Of a stretch of DNA of 64,000 nucleotides, positions 34,501 to 47,898 are shown piece by piece. The position numbers were made by a program, and so were the translations under genes. How positions within the stretch are numbered: the first letter of the stretch is position 1; each line of letters opens with the position of its first letter. Under the pieces are notes generated by a model. The model had not been told where the DNA came from and ran no database searches. It saw only the letters and a program-made list of their open reading frames with translations. Origin of the DNA: Euglena gracilis (taxonomy: Eukaryota); contig CP154954.1 of the NCBI GenBank assembly GCA_039621445.1, positions 5,987,693 through 6,051,692 of the forward strand. The letters run 5' to 3'.

Positions 34501-37500
34501 TCCCTGCTTTCAGCACCCAACTGCGCACACATCTGTGCGCCGGTGGAATTGACTTCGAACGCCCTCTTCACACTCCATCCCACCACACCCTGCCCGGCTG
34601 CTCCATCGATGCAGCGTCCCCCACGCTGGACCGCGGGGTGATGGTGTTGGCTGGGGCTGGAGCGGGGGCCGCAGCAGGACCGTTGCCGGCAGGCTGGGGT
34701 TGGGGTTCCCGGGGGAAGGGTCTCTGTCGGGGTGCCCAGGAAAGCACTTCCCTGTGGGTTCCCTGGAGGAGAAATTCCCTGACAAAGTCCAGACTGTGCA
34801 CATTTTGTCAGGAACAGACTTAGAAAAAATCACCACCTTGGGGAAAACTCCCATCATGCAACAAAACGATGCCTTGCAGTTTTTCTTTACATACAAATCA
34901 AAAATTCTGGAAAATAACACCCGAGAAAGGGGTTCAAATTTTTTGAAAAAAAGGACTTAAACCCCCTTAATTTTTTAAAAAAATTTCTGCCTCAAAAAAT
35001 AATATGGTCCAGGGGGGACAGGAGGAAATTCGCCCACTCAGCTGAACTTTTCTGGACTTCCAGAGGGAGGGAGGGCCCTGGGGGGGGGGACTTTCCAACA
35101 TGACAAAAAAAGTCAGCCGCAAGGGCCCATAGTGACAGCCGGGGGGGGGGTGCAGGGCTCTACGGGAAATCCTGGTGGGGGGCGACCCTCCCACCCGGAG
35201 GTGGGGGTGGGTGGGTGGGCTGACCCTCCCCCCCACCCACCCGGGCACCGCCCAAATAAAATTCCTTTGGCGCCGAAGGCAGAAAATGTTGACCTAAAAA
35301 TCGGCGCCCCCAAGGAAGGGGTGGGGGGGGGTCGGACCCCCCCACCCTCCCTCCCGTACAGCCAGAGCTCTGCCCCCATAGAGAGGTTGGCCGCACCGTC
35401 ACACCCGCCTGGTCGCTGGCCTGCCGCCGCCGCATCACGATGCAGTCCTCCTCCATCAGGTATGGCAGGTTGTCCGGGTCGTGTTCTGGTGCGTCCTCCA
35501 CCGTGGGCAGGGCCCCCTTTTGGGGGGCGGAAGGCACGGGTCCACTGTTGATGTGGACGAATCAGCACCCCTTGTGTCTTTTCCTGTCTTTGAAATGCTG
35601 TACTGTTTTGAATCTGTGTCGTTGTGCTCCCATTTTAATGGAGCCAGAAAACAGCCAGAATTTTGGTTCTGCCCCCCCCCCCCTACCTACAGTCTCCAAG
35701 GTTGCCAGGCTCCCGCTGCTGCCGACCTGTCAGGGGGGGGGGTCTAAGATTTCTTATCTGTTGCCTGTCCATCAGTTTTGTTTCATCGGAATGGGGGTGC
35801 TGGGCGGGAGAGAGTTTCCTGGGTTGCGCAGTAGCAGGGCATTTCCAAAGACTTTGACTCTGAAAAATTGGGAGGTGCTGGGATGATACTCTGACTTTTT
35901 CCCGGGCAGGACTGTGACAAATTCTCGGGCATGAAAATCTCTCGTACGGGTGGCATAAGTAAGTAAAAGTAATAAATGTTAAACTGTTAAACTGCTAAAT
36001 AGGATAGATTGACAGATCTTCTGTGCGACAGAATAACATCTGTCGGCAATGAAATCACACGCTCCAATCTGATGCCTGGGACCTGGCACCAACACTTTGT
36101 TGTTCAACTTGTTTCAGGCGATTTGCACCAAAAAAAAAGAAAAAAATAGACTCCTTCAGGCATTGATACTCCCCTTGAGAAGAAGGGAATAGGGTCTGAC
36201 ATGCCGATGTTAAAGCAAAGGGGGGGGAATGCCTGAGCAGGTGTCACAGGGCTGGGGGACACCCTTCTACACTCTGAAACAGTGGTGTGTCAAAATCCGT
36301 TGATTCAATTGTTTGGCCTGGCGCAAAGCGCTTGGCGCACAAAAAAAAACACCAAATTTTAACGTTTCTCTCTTTTGGGAAAAACATGTTAAAACCAAAG
36401 TATTCCTAGAGTGAAGCTTTGTGGGAAAAATCCTCAACCTTTTTTCTGGGTTCTAGAAAGCCCCAAGTCCGTCCGGAACCTCCACACCCATGGGTGGGGA
36501 CCCACCTTGAAACCCAGACACCAAACTGAGGTCGAGCATGGAGGGAGGGCTCAAATAACGCGACGCAAACATAATCATACAAAAACAAATAAAGACGCAC
36601 TCCCACCCCCCGAGTTGAGCCTCCTCAAGCTGCTCCTCCAGGCTGTAGCCCTAGATGGGCGATCAGGACATCCTCAGGTTCAGTCAGGCACCGACGTAAA
36701 AGGAGGCGCTGGCTCCCGAGAACACGGTCTGCTTGACGCGGTCCAGCAGCTCCGTGGTGGAGCCGTTGGTGCCGTCCGTCATGGCCTGGACGAGGGGCTC
36801 CACAAGGCGACCCACCTGTTGGGGAGGTCATAAAAACAATAATAAAATACAACGATCACTAAGAGAGGAGAATGTGTGCGTCTTTCCCGCTTCCCCGTGG
36901 TTTCTGCTTCGGCCTATTCTTCTTCGGAGGCAAGGTGCAGCAGCAGCAGGGTTGCCCTCGTGTTTTCCCGCTGTGGGCTGACCAGGGTTCATTGAAGGAG
37001 TAAGGCCAGGGTTCGGAGGTGCTAACCCTGACCCTGAACCTAAAACCTTTTTTTGTGTTTTTGGGTGACTTTTTGGACAAAATTTTGGCCAGGGTTTTAC
37101 TAACTTCCAACCACATTTCAGCCTAAACACATGCTAAAACACTAACCCCAACCGTGTTCCTAACATACCCATAACCATAACCTGGCGCTTAGGCTTAACA
37201 GACTTAAGCAGACTCCATCTGGCAGCCTGGGATCAGGGTTCGATATAAGGACAGGTGGGGGGGGGTGGTCCGGACCCCCCCCTGCGGGCCAGGAGGGGGG
37301 GGGGTGGGGGGGACACCCCCCCCACCTAAACAGGTGCGCAGTCAGGGTGGCCGAAAATTTTTGACCCCCCAAAACGACCAAAAGTGCCATTTTGGGCACT
37401 TTTTGGGCAAAAATGTGCCAAAAATGCAAAAAATTTTCGGCGCGAAGCGCCGGAGGAAAAAATTGACCCTTTTTGGGGGGGGGGGTCCCGGGAACCCCCC

Positions 37501-40500
37501 CGAGGGTCGGTCCGGACCCCCCTGGCAGGTGGGGGGGGGGGTGGTCCGGACCCCCCCCCCTGCGGGCCAGGAGGGAGGACACCCCCCCACCTAAACCATG
37601 TACGCCCTCCTTATATCAAACCCTGTTTGGGATACTGTCGACAAACGCTCCCCGAAAAGCACCTACTCTCGAGCCGGTAGAAAGGCCCAGAGTGACCCCT
37701 ATGCAATCTTGGCGAGCTGGTGCTCGACATGCTTTTCAGCGTTGTTCTGCGCATCCCGCTCTTCTGAATGGGGGTGGAATTTTCGCTCTAAAACCCACCC
37801 CAAGCGTCCGGCAGTGTACAGGGGTGGGACCCTGCAGAAGACAGGAGACGTGTCCACAGCCGACGATGCGCCAATCAATCCCTGCGGTATGCCCTCTGCC
37901 CATACGGGATCGATCAGGTCTCACGGGATTCAAACCCACCGCCTCCAGCGTGTGAGACTGGTACCCCAGCGGAACAAGCTACCCGGGCGATACTCGCCTT
38001 GGTGTACGCAGTGTTAGTGTTAGTGTGTCGCAGGCTCTCCCTCCGCCGCACACAAGACGACGTGACTAGACCTGGGCCAGGTGCCCGGCGGCCTTGTAGC
38101 GCCGGAACTCGTTGGCCACCTCCTCCCGCTCCATCAGCACGTCGTTCAGCCGCTCCATCACCTTTGCCACCCGGAAGGCGCCTCGCGATACCTCCCCACC
38201 GAGACCTTCTTATTTCATTAAAACCCCCGTTCAGGGCCTTAAGTGCAGAAACCATTGCTTCCATCACAAAAGACTTTTTGGCCAAGCAAGGGGTGCCCCC
38301 CAGGTGTGGGGGCCCACTCCACCAGAGGAGCAGAGATTGGTTTACTCAAAAAATTGGGCCTTTCTGCCCAAGAAGTTTGTGAAATTGGCCAGTGGAGGGG
38401 GGTGGAGGCTTCTACAGCCCACTATCAAAGACGTGGTGCTCAAGGAGCCTTGGAAAATGCCCCTCCCGGGTAACCACCACAATGGTAAACCCGCCCCCCC
38501 CCCCCCTAATAGAAGCGCCGGGCCGTACAAGCGCAGAGTCCAAATAAAAGCGCACCCCCTGCCCGCCTGCCGCTGAAGGCGTCGGTCCGCTACAAGCGCA
38601 CCCCCCATTTTGATGGTATTTCGAAAGGAAACCAACAAAAATTGGGCACGAAAGGTCCAAATAGAAGCGCACCCTTGGCCGCCAGAGGCGGCAATCCGCG
38701 ATAAGCACACCCGCGCTTCTATTAGGGAGGGTGTGTTTACTTTGAAAAGAAAATTAAGACCCAAAATTTTTTTCGGAACAGGGTTCCGGGTGGTGGTGGG
38801 GGGTGCACAGCTGTTTTTAGGACCTGGAGAGGGGGGTCTGCACGCACCCACCCACCCCCAGGGGGGGGGCTTGGGGACCCACCTCTGGGGGGTCAATTTT
38901 GGCCCCCCCCCCAAAAAACAGGAAAACCCTGCCTCTTTGGTGGAATGGAGTCTTCTCTGGCTTGAGCGCCGCCCGGGTCTCAATGTTGGCGGACATGGTC
39001 GCGTTCTGCTCCAGTAACTTCTCATTGGGTGACGACCGATGCCCATTGGCGGGGGGGGGGGAGAAATGCTTAGGCCCGCCCTGGAAAAAATGTGCGAAAA
39101 TGCGCAAAAATGCGCAAAAAATGGGCATGTTCAAAGTCCGAGGAAAAAAAATCAAAAATCATGAAAATGCAAGCAATTATCCAAAAACATCAAAATTACA
39201 AATGTTGTATGGAATTATGAGGAAATTGTTCGTACAAAAATTCGAAAAAGCAACGAAAATACACAAAAATGCGAACGATTTTTTCAAAAATGCGTATTTT
39301 TGAAAAATCGAAAAAAATGTGCAAAACTTGTGCAAAAATTCGAAAGGCTGCCGTTAGTCCAATGCCAAGTGGGGAAATTAGTCCTTCGCAGCACAAAGCC
39401 TCTGCATAGCGCTTTGTTTATGAACGCAAAGCATAATTTTTTTTTGATCGAACCTCTATTTTTGTGCGCGAAATTGTGTACAATTAGCTAAAATTGCTCT
39501 AAGGTGAATGCAGAAGTGCTCAGATTAAGCTGGGTATCGTGCTTGTAATTGACCTATTGAAATACCTCCCTGAACAATATTCCGCCAAACAATGTTTGTT
39601 CTCCCTGGAATCGAATTCAGCAGCCCAAAATAACATTCCCCCCTGATTTCTTCACCTGCGAGATGGAACCATATTTTTGCAAGTTTTACATGATTTCCAC
39701 CATGTCAAAAATGGAAAAGAAATTTGACAAATGGCAAATTTCTCAAACAAACATTGCACCTCCCATGAATTTTGAAATTAGGGGTCATCTTCCAAATTAG
39801 AGGTTTCCAGTACAAATGATTGAATCTTTGACCTTCGGTTAGGAATCATCTCTAAATTGGCGCCATTTCTATTCAAATCATGGAATAAATGGTGAACACT
39901 TTCGAAAAAAAAACGTGGAGGCTTCGGGCTCAGTTTGGAGGCCTCGGACAGAAATATGGACAAAAATTTGGCGGGATTTCATTCCGCCAATTTCGCCGTA
40001 AGTCCCATTCCTGTAAACGTGCAGAGGGGGTGCCACACATAAATAGCGAAGTCTCACCACAGCGCCGCACAGAGGCAAGGATCGCTGCGGTGCGCTCCAG
40101 AGCACGAACGTGTGCAGCGGCGGAGCTAACACACGGCAAACGATGCATCGGGTTTGTCGGGACACTTCACTGCAACGTGGGAAGGAAGCCAGACCGTTAC
40201 CACAAAACGAATGCGCTTTCTTCCTTTAATTCAATAAACCTCTCTTTAAACAAAGGCAATGCCAAAATCCCTCTAAGCAAACTCCTCAACCGCCACATTG
40301 GAAAAGAGAACATGATTATGAAACCATAAAAGCAATTCCAAAGTTTCAGAGGCATCAGCCAAATTCACACAATCGGAATTGAAACTGTAAGAACCATCCG
40401 AGTCTGTCGCAGGGGTTGTGCCTTTTTTGTAATATAGAAATACAACTGTGCGACACACGCGAATGGTTCTCCTGGCGAATGGTTGGGGACTAATGCACGA

Positions 40501-43500
40501 TAAGTATCGCCCTCCCCAACGGGGTGAAAGATGGCCACATGAATGACTTCAAGCTGTACCTTTCCCTACACGGGCCACCGGAACGGACAATTTTGAGATA
40601 AAATTCCTACTGGTGAGGATCCACGAAGAGAACCCACAAACAGACCCCCCGAATCCGATCCGACGAATTCACCCCGGTGCCGAGCAGAATCAGACTGATT
40701 CAGTACCAGATTTATTTGATCTGGAGGGAGCTGAATGACCAATGGTTGGAAAATGGATCCAAAATGGGCTGACCTGCTGGATTTCTGGTTAATTTTTTTC
40801 GAACATAATTTGCTGACACGGTGGGGATTTCAGAGTTGTGCTTTTTAATTTTTTAAACTAAAATATAAAAATGTAATTTTTTTTTCGGGCCCGGGTCCAC
40901 CCCACCTGGGCCTCCCGGGCACCACGCAAGCCGCAGACTGCCGCATCGGGCCAGCCCCGGCCGTTGGACGCGGTGGCGGACATGCGGCTCTGGGCCAGCT
41001 CCCCCTGCAGGCGGCTGCACTGCTGCTCCGCCTCCGCCAGCTTGCGCCGCAGCTCCGCCGCCTGGGAGCAGACCAACAGAAAAACAGCCCCCCCGAAGGA
41101 ATTAAATGACATGACAGGAAAGTGAAATGACAGGGGGGGGAGGGGGTGGTCTGGGCTCCCCTTTCCCATCGGGGGGAGGGGGAGAGTCGACCTCCCTCCT
41201 CTCCTCCCCCCCAGGGTAAACCCGGCGCAACGTGCCAGAGATTTTTCCCAAACCCCCCCAAAAATGCCCAAAAATGGTGCTTTCAGGAGTAGCACGAGAA
41301 GCCTCCCCACCTCTTGTGGCTTTGAAATGCACCTGACCTCCTGGGGCTGGGCTAAAAATACCTGGAAACAGTCCAAACTCCAGAATGGTCTGCACTCTGA
41401 TTCCGACTTGGATGGAACTTCATCACAAAAAGGCCACATCAAGTCTCAACATAAAGCCACTATGCAAAAAGAAACCTTTTGTGCTGTTTGGGGAAAAAAT
41501 TTTGGGGGCCAACTTTGGCTGAAAAAATCAAAAAAGAAGACCCATGAAAAACTGCAGAAACCCCTGGAGTTGTTCCATCAATGATCCCAAAAATAACACT
41601 ACCCAGTTGTTGTTCCTTCATCAGACATGCCCCCCACCCCCTGAGAAGTTGTCCCTCACAAGTCAAGCCATATTTCCAGCCAGGAAATGAATTTACACAA
41701 CTATTGACCCAAAACAACATTTTCAGCTGGGTGACAATGGGGGAAACAAATTCCCAGCACTGAACATTCGCCCACAGATTAAACCTTTTTGAATTCGTTG
41801 CTGATACCTGGATTACAAAAAAAATATAGAATAATAACAGAGAATAACAAGAATAAGAATAATATAAGAATAATAAATCAATAGAATAATAATACCAGTG
41901 CAGAAAACAAAAATACATGTATTAACAAAACAATACCAGAGTATTACAACAAAAACCGGCGGATGGCTTTGGGGGGGGGGCACCTCCGCGGCCGCCCGGT
42001 CCGCTGCGGCCAGCCTCTGCTGCAGCTCTGCCACGGTGGCCTCGTGCTGGCCCAGCTGCTGCTCCGCCGCGGCGAGCCGCGACTGCAGCACCGCCGCCTG
42101 GACGGCTGCGGTGCCAGCCTCGGGGCCGGAGCTCGGGAGCGAGTAGCCGGTGGAGTCCACTGCGGGGGGGGGGGGGGGTGAAGGAGGAGACATGGAGTGG
42201 GACGGTGTGTGAAATTCACGATGACAAGATGGAAAATCTTTCGGCTGGACAGCTGGCTCATCCCCCGGATTCGGCGAAAGCCACAAAAACCTCCCCAAAT
42301 TGGTGAGGCAAATGTCATTACATCTTTTTTTTTAAACCCCTCAAAACACTTGTGGGAGGTCATAAAATATCAATATATTTTATACATATATAATGCATAT
42401 ATAATATATAATATGTCATTATATGTCAATATATGTAATATCAACTTTGATGAATACATGGGCATTAAAAATTTTGGTGAAAGTGATGGAACAGGTGAAA
42501 GGTTGAAAGTTGAAAGTTCGTACACATTCCCAATAAAAGAGGGGTTGATATTCTGAGTTTGGCGGCTCGGCCTGAGAGTGAGACGCTTTGTGTGTGTATG
42601 TGTGTGTGTGTGTGTGTGTGTGCCTGTGTTTTTTGCGCGCGTGTGACAACGCCAAAGCAGAAAACACAGCATTCTGGTTGGGGGCATGGGAGGACGCAAC
42701 CAACACCCCGAAAAAAAAAGCAACAAAAAAAAAAGCATAAAAAAGCAGCACAACCCCAGCAAATACCCAGCGTTTGCCACAGCCCTGCCGCACACACCGG
42801 GGCTGGGGGTGACGCCGCGCGACAGGAAGGAGAGCGCGCCGTTGCCGCTGGGGCCGGGGCCGTTCGCGCCGGGGGTCGTCCAAGCCTGGGGGCTGGAGGG
42901 CGAGTGGCGGCCCGTGCCGTTGGGGAGCCCGGCGGGGGAGGGGAAGGCGCGCCGGTCAGGGGGCCGGGGCTGCTGCAGTGTGGCTGGATTTGGGCCGGTG
43001 TGGGCGGATTGTGAGGCCGTTCATGGCTTGTATGCGTTGCGTATGCATTTGATTTCACACTGCTCTTTTCTCACTTTGGCGAAAATTTAAACTCTCAACA
43101 CATCACGACAACAACCGTTTTTGAGCTTTCTGCGCTTTTCTGCCATGCCAGACATTTGATGGAATATAAACAAAGGGGGCTGTGGGTGGGTTTTCTCAGA
43201 CTTTCTCAGACTTTTTCTCAAACTCAAAATGCATTCTCGAGCGGAGCAGAGCGGGTTCACACCTTATCGGCCAGGCCTGGGGCAAACCATGGTTTGAAAA
43301 TATGTATTCTGTCTGTGTGTGCGTGTAAAAAATGTATTAAAAAATGCATGAATATAATATACACCTGCATAATATGCATAATAATAAAACTGTAAAATTA
43401 TACATCTGTATGCACATCTATGCTTATTCATGTATGTCTGCATTATTTCTCTTTCCGTCAGTTTCTTCAACCACGATAGACCCCGCAGCCCGGCGGCAAC

Positions 43501-46500
43501 CCCAGCGGCGGAGCCGTTGGCAGCCGCCTTCTCCGGTGTGGAGGCGGTCAGCGCCGGCCCGGAGGGGGGCGTGATGAGGGCGTCCAGCACCGGCGGCCGC
43601 GTCGGCAGCGCCGGGATGGGCGGCAGGGGGGCCCCCAGCCCGGCAGATGGGGCTCAGGCGCGTGGGGTCAGGACGGCCCGCTGGCGGGCCGGAAAGACGG
43701 CCCCATGACACGTGCTCCAAAACTGCCACGCGTCTGTGCGCTTTGCCGCGACAGGTCGTTCCGACCCCCTGCCCCCCCCCCTGTGTCCAGTGAACAGGTT
43801 GGTGGCAAACGTGCAGTCCGGACACGGGTGTTTAGGTGACCGGGGTGTTCATTGGACACACACACACAGGGGTGGGGGAGACCGGGCCCGGGAATATTTT
43901 TGTCCCCGGACCAGGCACCCCAGCAGTGGTCCGGGTTTCCCAGCAGGGAGACTATCGACTGCGATGTCACCGCCACGGACTTGTCAGTGCGAAAGGTTGC
44001 CAGGGTCGCAATGCCAAACTTGATTGAAATGCCCTGTGAGGGTTTCCTGTCAGGCCCGTTGGAACGGTGCCAGCCAGTGTGAGGATAAAAACTGTGAGGG
44101 TCTATGGTACCGGCAAGGCTCTCAGACAGACAGACAGATTCGGGCATCCGCCAATGTTCAGGGAATGTGCCGTTGACACAGGGGTGTGTCAAAGACGCGG
44201 TGCGTCTTGGACAAGGGGGGGGTATGACAGTGTGTAATATGATGGGATTCGTGATTAACTTGGGGATTGTATCGGGCCAACATTGTGCTACACTTCTCAA
44301 CGTTCAACTCTTTGGGGATGCGGTGTCAAGGGTTGGTCATCCAAAACGGATCGCTGGGACTAACCAACCAAATCTGTTACCAAAAGTGGGGGGCGAGATG
44401 GGTCCTTTACATGCGCAACAAGAAAAAAGAGAAAATTCTGGCAAATTTGCATCGTAAATCATACCCTGCGCAGAAAGTTAACAGCCTGGAATTGGAAATG
44501 CAGAACAAAACTGGAACAAGCCAAACTGTTGTCTCCAAAAAGAAATACAGCATCAGGTTCGTAAATATTTTTGAATTATCTGCAACACGCATTTGTCCCG
44601 ACGCCCCTTGAACCAGAACAGCCGTGACCGCCAAAATTCTCAGTCTGAAAGCAGTCTTTCCATTCTGCACAGGCCTGTGTGGTGGCTGTGAGTCGGGGCG
44701 CGGCGCCAGGCCAGCCAGGCTGGGCATCGTGCTGAACGGCAGCCCGCAGCAGGCCGTCTCTGCCAACCCCTCAAAAAGCGACACAAAAAAAAACATCCGC
44801 AAAAAAAAACCGCAAATGAACGCAAAAAACACAAATTTTTCCAAAATCAAAAAACACAAAAAAGATGCAAAAAAAACGCATTTGTGTTCCTCCCTGCTCC
44901 CTCCCCCCCCCCTGGGAAGTTAAGCCAGCCCGTACAACAAATGCTGGGCCTGGGGGTTTTCCTAGGGACAACTTTCTACCGAAAGTAGCCAGCACACCCC
45001 AAAGCAAGGTGAACATTTCCCGGGGGCGGGGGTAGGTAGGTCCCCCATGCGCTCCGTTGCAGAGCAAATTGGAAACTAGACGAAGAGAAAGCGTACGGTA
45101 TCGCTGCGAGATTGGCTTTGGGGCTGACCACAGGGTGCTTTAAATTTGGGAGGGGGGGGAGGGGGGCCCCCGTGGGGGGGGGTCGTCGAAAAATGTGGGT
45201 GGGTGGGTTTGGCCCCTGGGGAAAAGTGCCCCTGGGGGTCGCTTGGTGAATCCATGGACTTAGCCCTCCACAACCCACTCTGCACGTCGGCCAAGGTTAG
45301 ATACAGCGTGTGGCGGATTCCGCCCCCAATGGGACCAATCCGTCGCAGGTTGTTTGGGTTCTGAAAGCAGCAACCACCCACCCAACATCCAGCTAAAATC
45401 GGCCGAAAATCCTCGAAAATTTTTACGGCCTGGCCTTTGGCCAGGCCAAAATCTGACCCATCCCCCCCGGGGGGGGGTCCAGTGGCTCCAACCCGTTCAC
45501 CCACTCTCGAACCCCAGGGGGGGGGGCTCACACAATTGATAAGTGAGCCTATGGCTAGCACACCGTTTCCAATGCCTGTCACCTCAGATATTTTCAACTG
45601 GACCATATTGGTCAGGCACAGAAGCCTGACAATAAAATCTAATTCACTTGTTTTAATCCACTCCGCGGGTGGATTTGCCGCCGACAATTTCTGGCCTCAG
45701 GTATTCAGGGGGGTTGTGCTCTGGGCATCAGAACATTGTTTTCAAGTGAAGCCTGGGGGAACAGAAAAATACTGATGACTTTTTACCCACTTGAATTTTT
45801 TTGAGAATTAAATCCAAATTCATACCGGGGGGGGGGGAATTTTGCCCTAGAGAAAATTTGCACGGACAAATTTCGCAGAAGCAAATCCCGCGAAATATTT
45901 CCGGATATTTTTAAGGAATCCCGCGAAATTTTTGTCCATATATTCCCTTTCAGGTGCTCAAGGCTTCCCTTTTTTTGCTTCACAGAAAAAAATACTGCGA
46001 AATATTTCCGGACATTTTTAAGGAATCCCGCGAAATTTGTCGCCGCAAAATTTCTCTGGCACGAAATCCCCCCCCCCCCCCGGTAGGTGTATCTCAGGCA
46101 TGACCTGAATGAGTAATTTTCGGTCCAATGCGAAGCGCCTGGCCAAAAATTTTCCCTCTAAAATGGTGTAATTTCAGACGTTTTTTTTGGCAATAATGCT
46201 CAAAATCTGGCACAAAGTGCCGGATTTGTGGGGAATCCAAATACTGCCCGGGGGTCAGCATTGTATTGTGAGTCTCACGTCCTGCCTGGTTTCGTTACAC
46301 GACGATGTGCAATTACTCCCCTTGCACAACGTTAACTGCATTCAAAAAGCAGACACTGTGCGCCAACGGGTTTTAAAATGCATTTTTTTGTAGTATAAAA
46401 CCTTTTTGGCAACAGACACTCCTGACATGAACCCTGGCCACAACCTCAGGGAGGAGTGAGGCAGCGCATCGACAGGGGGAAACGGCCTGGCCCAAACTTC

Positions 46501-47074
46501 CCCGCGGGGGGGACCGACGCCGGGGGTACGCCTCCGGCTCCTCCCACCAAGGACAGGGCTGTATGGGAAGGCCTGGTGGGAGTGTTGACCCCCCCCCACC
46601 CGGGAGGTGGGAGGAGGGGTGAGCCAACCCCCCCCCCCACCACAGCACCCCGCAAAGAAAAACATAAATAAATAAATAAATACATAAATAAATAAATACA
46701 TAAATAAATAAATAAATAAATAAATACATAAATACATAAATATATATTTTATTTTTAACAAATATTCATTCATTAAAATTAATAAAATAAAAAAATATAA
46801 AAGATAAAAATAATAAATGAAAAAATATAAATACGGGAAGGCCTAGTTGGGGGGGGGTCGGACTCCCCTCCACCAGCCAAATAGGGTTTCGGGGATTCCC
46901 GAACAGCCCTGGCCACGGAGGGGAAGGGCGGCCCGCCCGGCAGGCGGCCGCCGAGGAGGCCGCTCACGGCGGGCAGGGCCAGGCCGGCGGGGCCGGGGGG
47001 AGGCGGGAGGGCGGGGCCGGCGCCGGGGGGCGGGGGGTAGGCCATCGCGATGGCGGGGCCGCCGGCGGCATACG
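31585..47074 (-). CDS. Multi-exon Pro-rich / coiled-coil protein of unknown function (ends uncertain)
   Basis: Exon-like segments: 46915-47074 (MAYPPPPGAG), 46493-46548, ~44680-44744, ~43480-43648, ~42799-42972, ~41984-42159 (LQSRLAAAEQQLGQHEATVAELQQRL), ~40905-41060 (ELRRKLAEAEQQCSRLQGEL), ~38935-39048, ~38075-38190 (VMERLNDVLMEREEVANEFRRY), ~36615-36815 (45-nt GT-AG intron), ~35398-35502, ~34590-34735, ~31801-31885, 31585-31626. Several junctions checked in frame; membership of the 3' exons is uncertain. Confidence 0.6.
31632..31797. mobile_element. 166-bp hAT-like MITE interrupting exon-like sequence (putative intron 31627-31800)
   Basis: Perfect 16-bp TIR CAGGCTTCTTTTTAAG; perfect 8-bp TSD GCCCCAGA at 31624-31631 and 31798-31805. 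Confidence 0.9.
33590..33878. mobile_element. hAT-like MITE with 8-bp TSD
   Basis: Perfect 13-bp TIR CAGGCTTGTGCTT; flanks ACCCAGAA / ACTCAGAA (7/8). Confidence 0.85.
34285..34505. repeat. Inverted-repeat-bounded minisatellite (TTTTCGTGA-like)
   Basis: AGGGATTCCCTCAGTTTCGTGC / GCACGAAACTGAGGCAATCCCT bracket tandem 9-10-mers. Confidence 0.65.
37234..37625. mobile_element. MITE of the CAGGGTTCGATATAA family
   Basis: TIR CAGGGTTCGATATAAGG / CCTTATATCAAACCCTG; flanks CCTGGGAT / TTTGGGAT (6/8). Confidence 0.8.
38485..38739. mobile_element. MITE with GTAAAC...CCCTAATAGAAGCGC inverted termini
   Basis: Inverted ends CCCTAATAGAAGCGC / GCGCTTCTATTAGGG; related ends at ~15580-15612 and ~26310. Confidence 0.6.
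45825..46083. mobile_element. TA-flanked MITE (Tc1/mariner-like signature)
   Basis: TA|CCGGGGGGG...AAATTTCGC ... GCGAAATTT...CCCCCCGG|TA. Confidence 0.7.
46554..46911. mobile_element. CAGGGCTGT-family MITE forming non-canonical intron 46549-46914
   Basis: TIR CAGGGCTGT / ACAGCCCTG; flanks ACCAAGGA / GCCACGGA (6/8); removal joins FPSV|VGGAGG in frame; internal (TAAA)n tract at 46664-46740. Confidence 0.8.
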
Positions 47075-47130
47075 CTGCGGGGAGGAGGGTGGGGGGGAGA
47101 GGGGGGCCGACCTTTGCGGTGGCCTACCTA

Positions 47131-47246
47131 CCCCCCCCCCCCCGGGAAACTGTCACCTGACAGGTTGGCCAGTACCGGGGACCCTGACAGTTTCCCGGGC
47201 GGGACCCTGACCGGTTCTCGGGCATGACAGTTTCCCGGGGGGGGGG
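47131..47246. mobile_element. TA-flanked MITE (Tc1/mariner-like signature)
   Basis: TA|C-run-GGGAAACTGTCA ... TGACAGTTTCCC-G-run|TA. Confidence 0.75.
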
Positions 47247-47797
47247 TACCGACTCCCCCCCGGGCCAGGCCGAGGCAGGTTCAGCCAGCCCTTGAGGCTG
47301 AGCGACACTTGTTTTTCCACCTTGGACAAGTCAGGCGTCTGTTTCTCCTCGTCTGTTTTGACGCTTTCCTAAATAAATGGTAAATGCGGTTTTCTGTTGC
47401 CACCAAGCTTGCGCTGAAGCCTGAGGGGACTCCCCAGGGGAAACAACACGGACATGGCCGTGGCCCAAAATCGAGGAAATGCAAGAACAACGCAATACAA
47501 CGCGGTTTGCGTTTTCCTCCTGCCCCCCCCCCCCACGCCATGCCAACCCAAGCAACTTCAGACAATTGGCGTCGTGGCGCTGTGAATGGGGTTTGCTTGG
47601 AGTGCTCGTCTCTGCCCCAAACTGTCCACCAATGGCAAGCAAGGCGTGGCACATCTGACGTACGCGCTGGGGCCACACGCTCCTGTGAGCGGTCTCTCAT
47701 GTGCCTGGGTTCCCAAGCCGCTGTAGCTGCTCGTTCCAGGGATCGTTCCCTAACCGGCAATCCGGTTCGGCAAACAACGTCAGCCATTGGTGGCCAC

Positions 47798-47898
47798 AAC
47801 GTCGTCACAGCATCGTCACAGCATCGCCACAACGTCGTCACAGCATCGTCACAGCATCGCCACAGCATCGTCACAGCATCACCACAACATCGTCACAG
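47798..47898. repeat. 11-bp minisatellite (CGTCACAGCAT)n
   Basis: About 9 tandem copies. Confidence 0.85.

Noticed and set aside
39889-40700. Coding-like unique sequence inside an intron
   Set aside because: Multiple stops in the frames examined and no recognisable motif.
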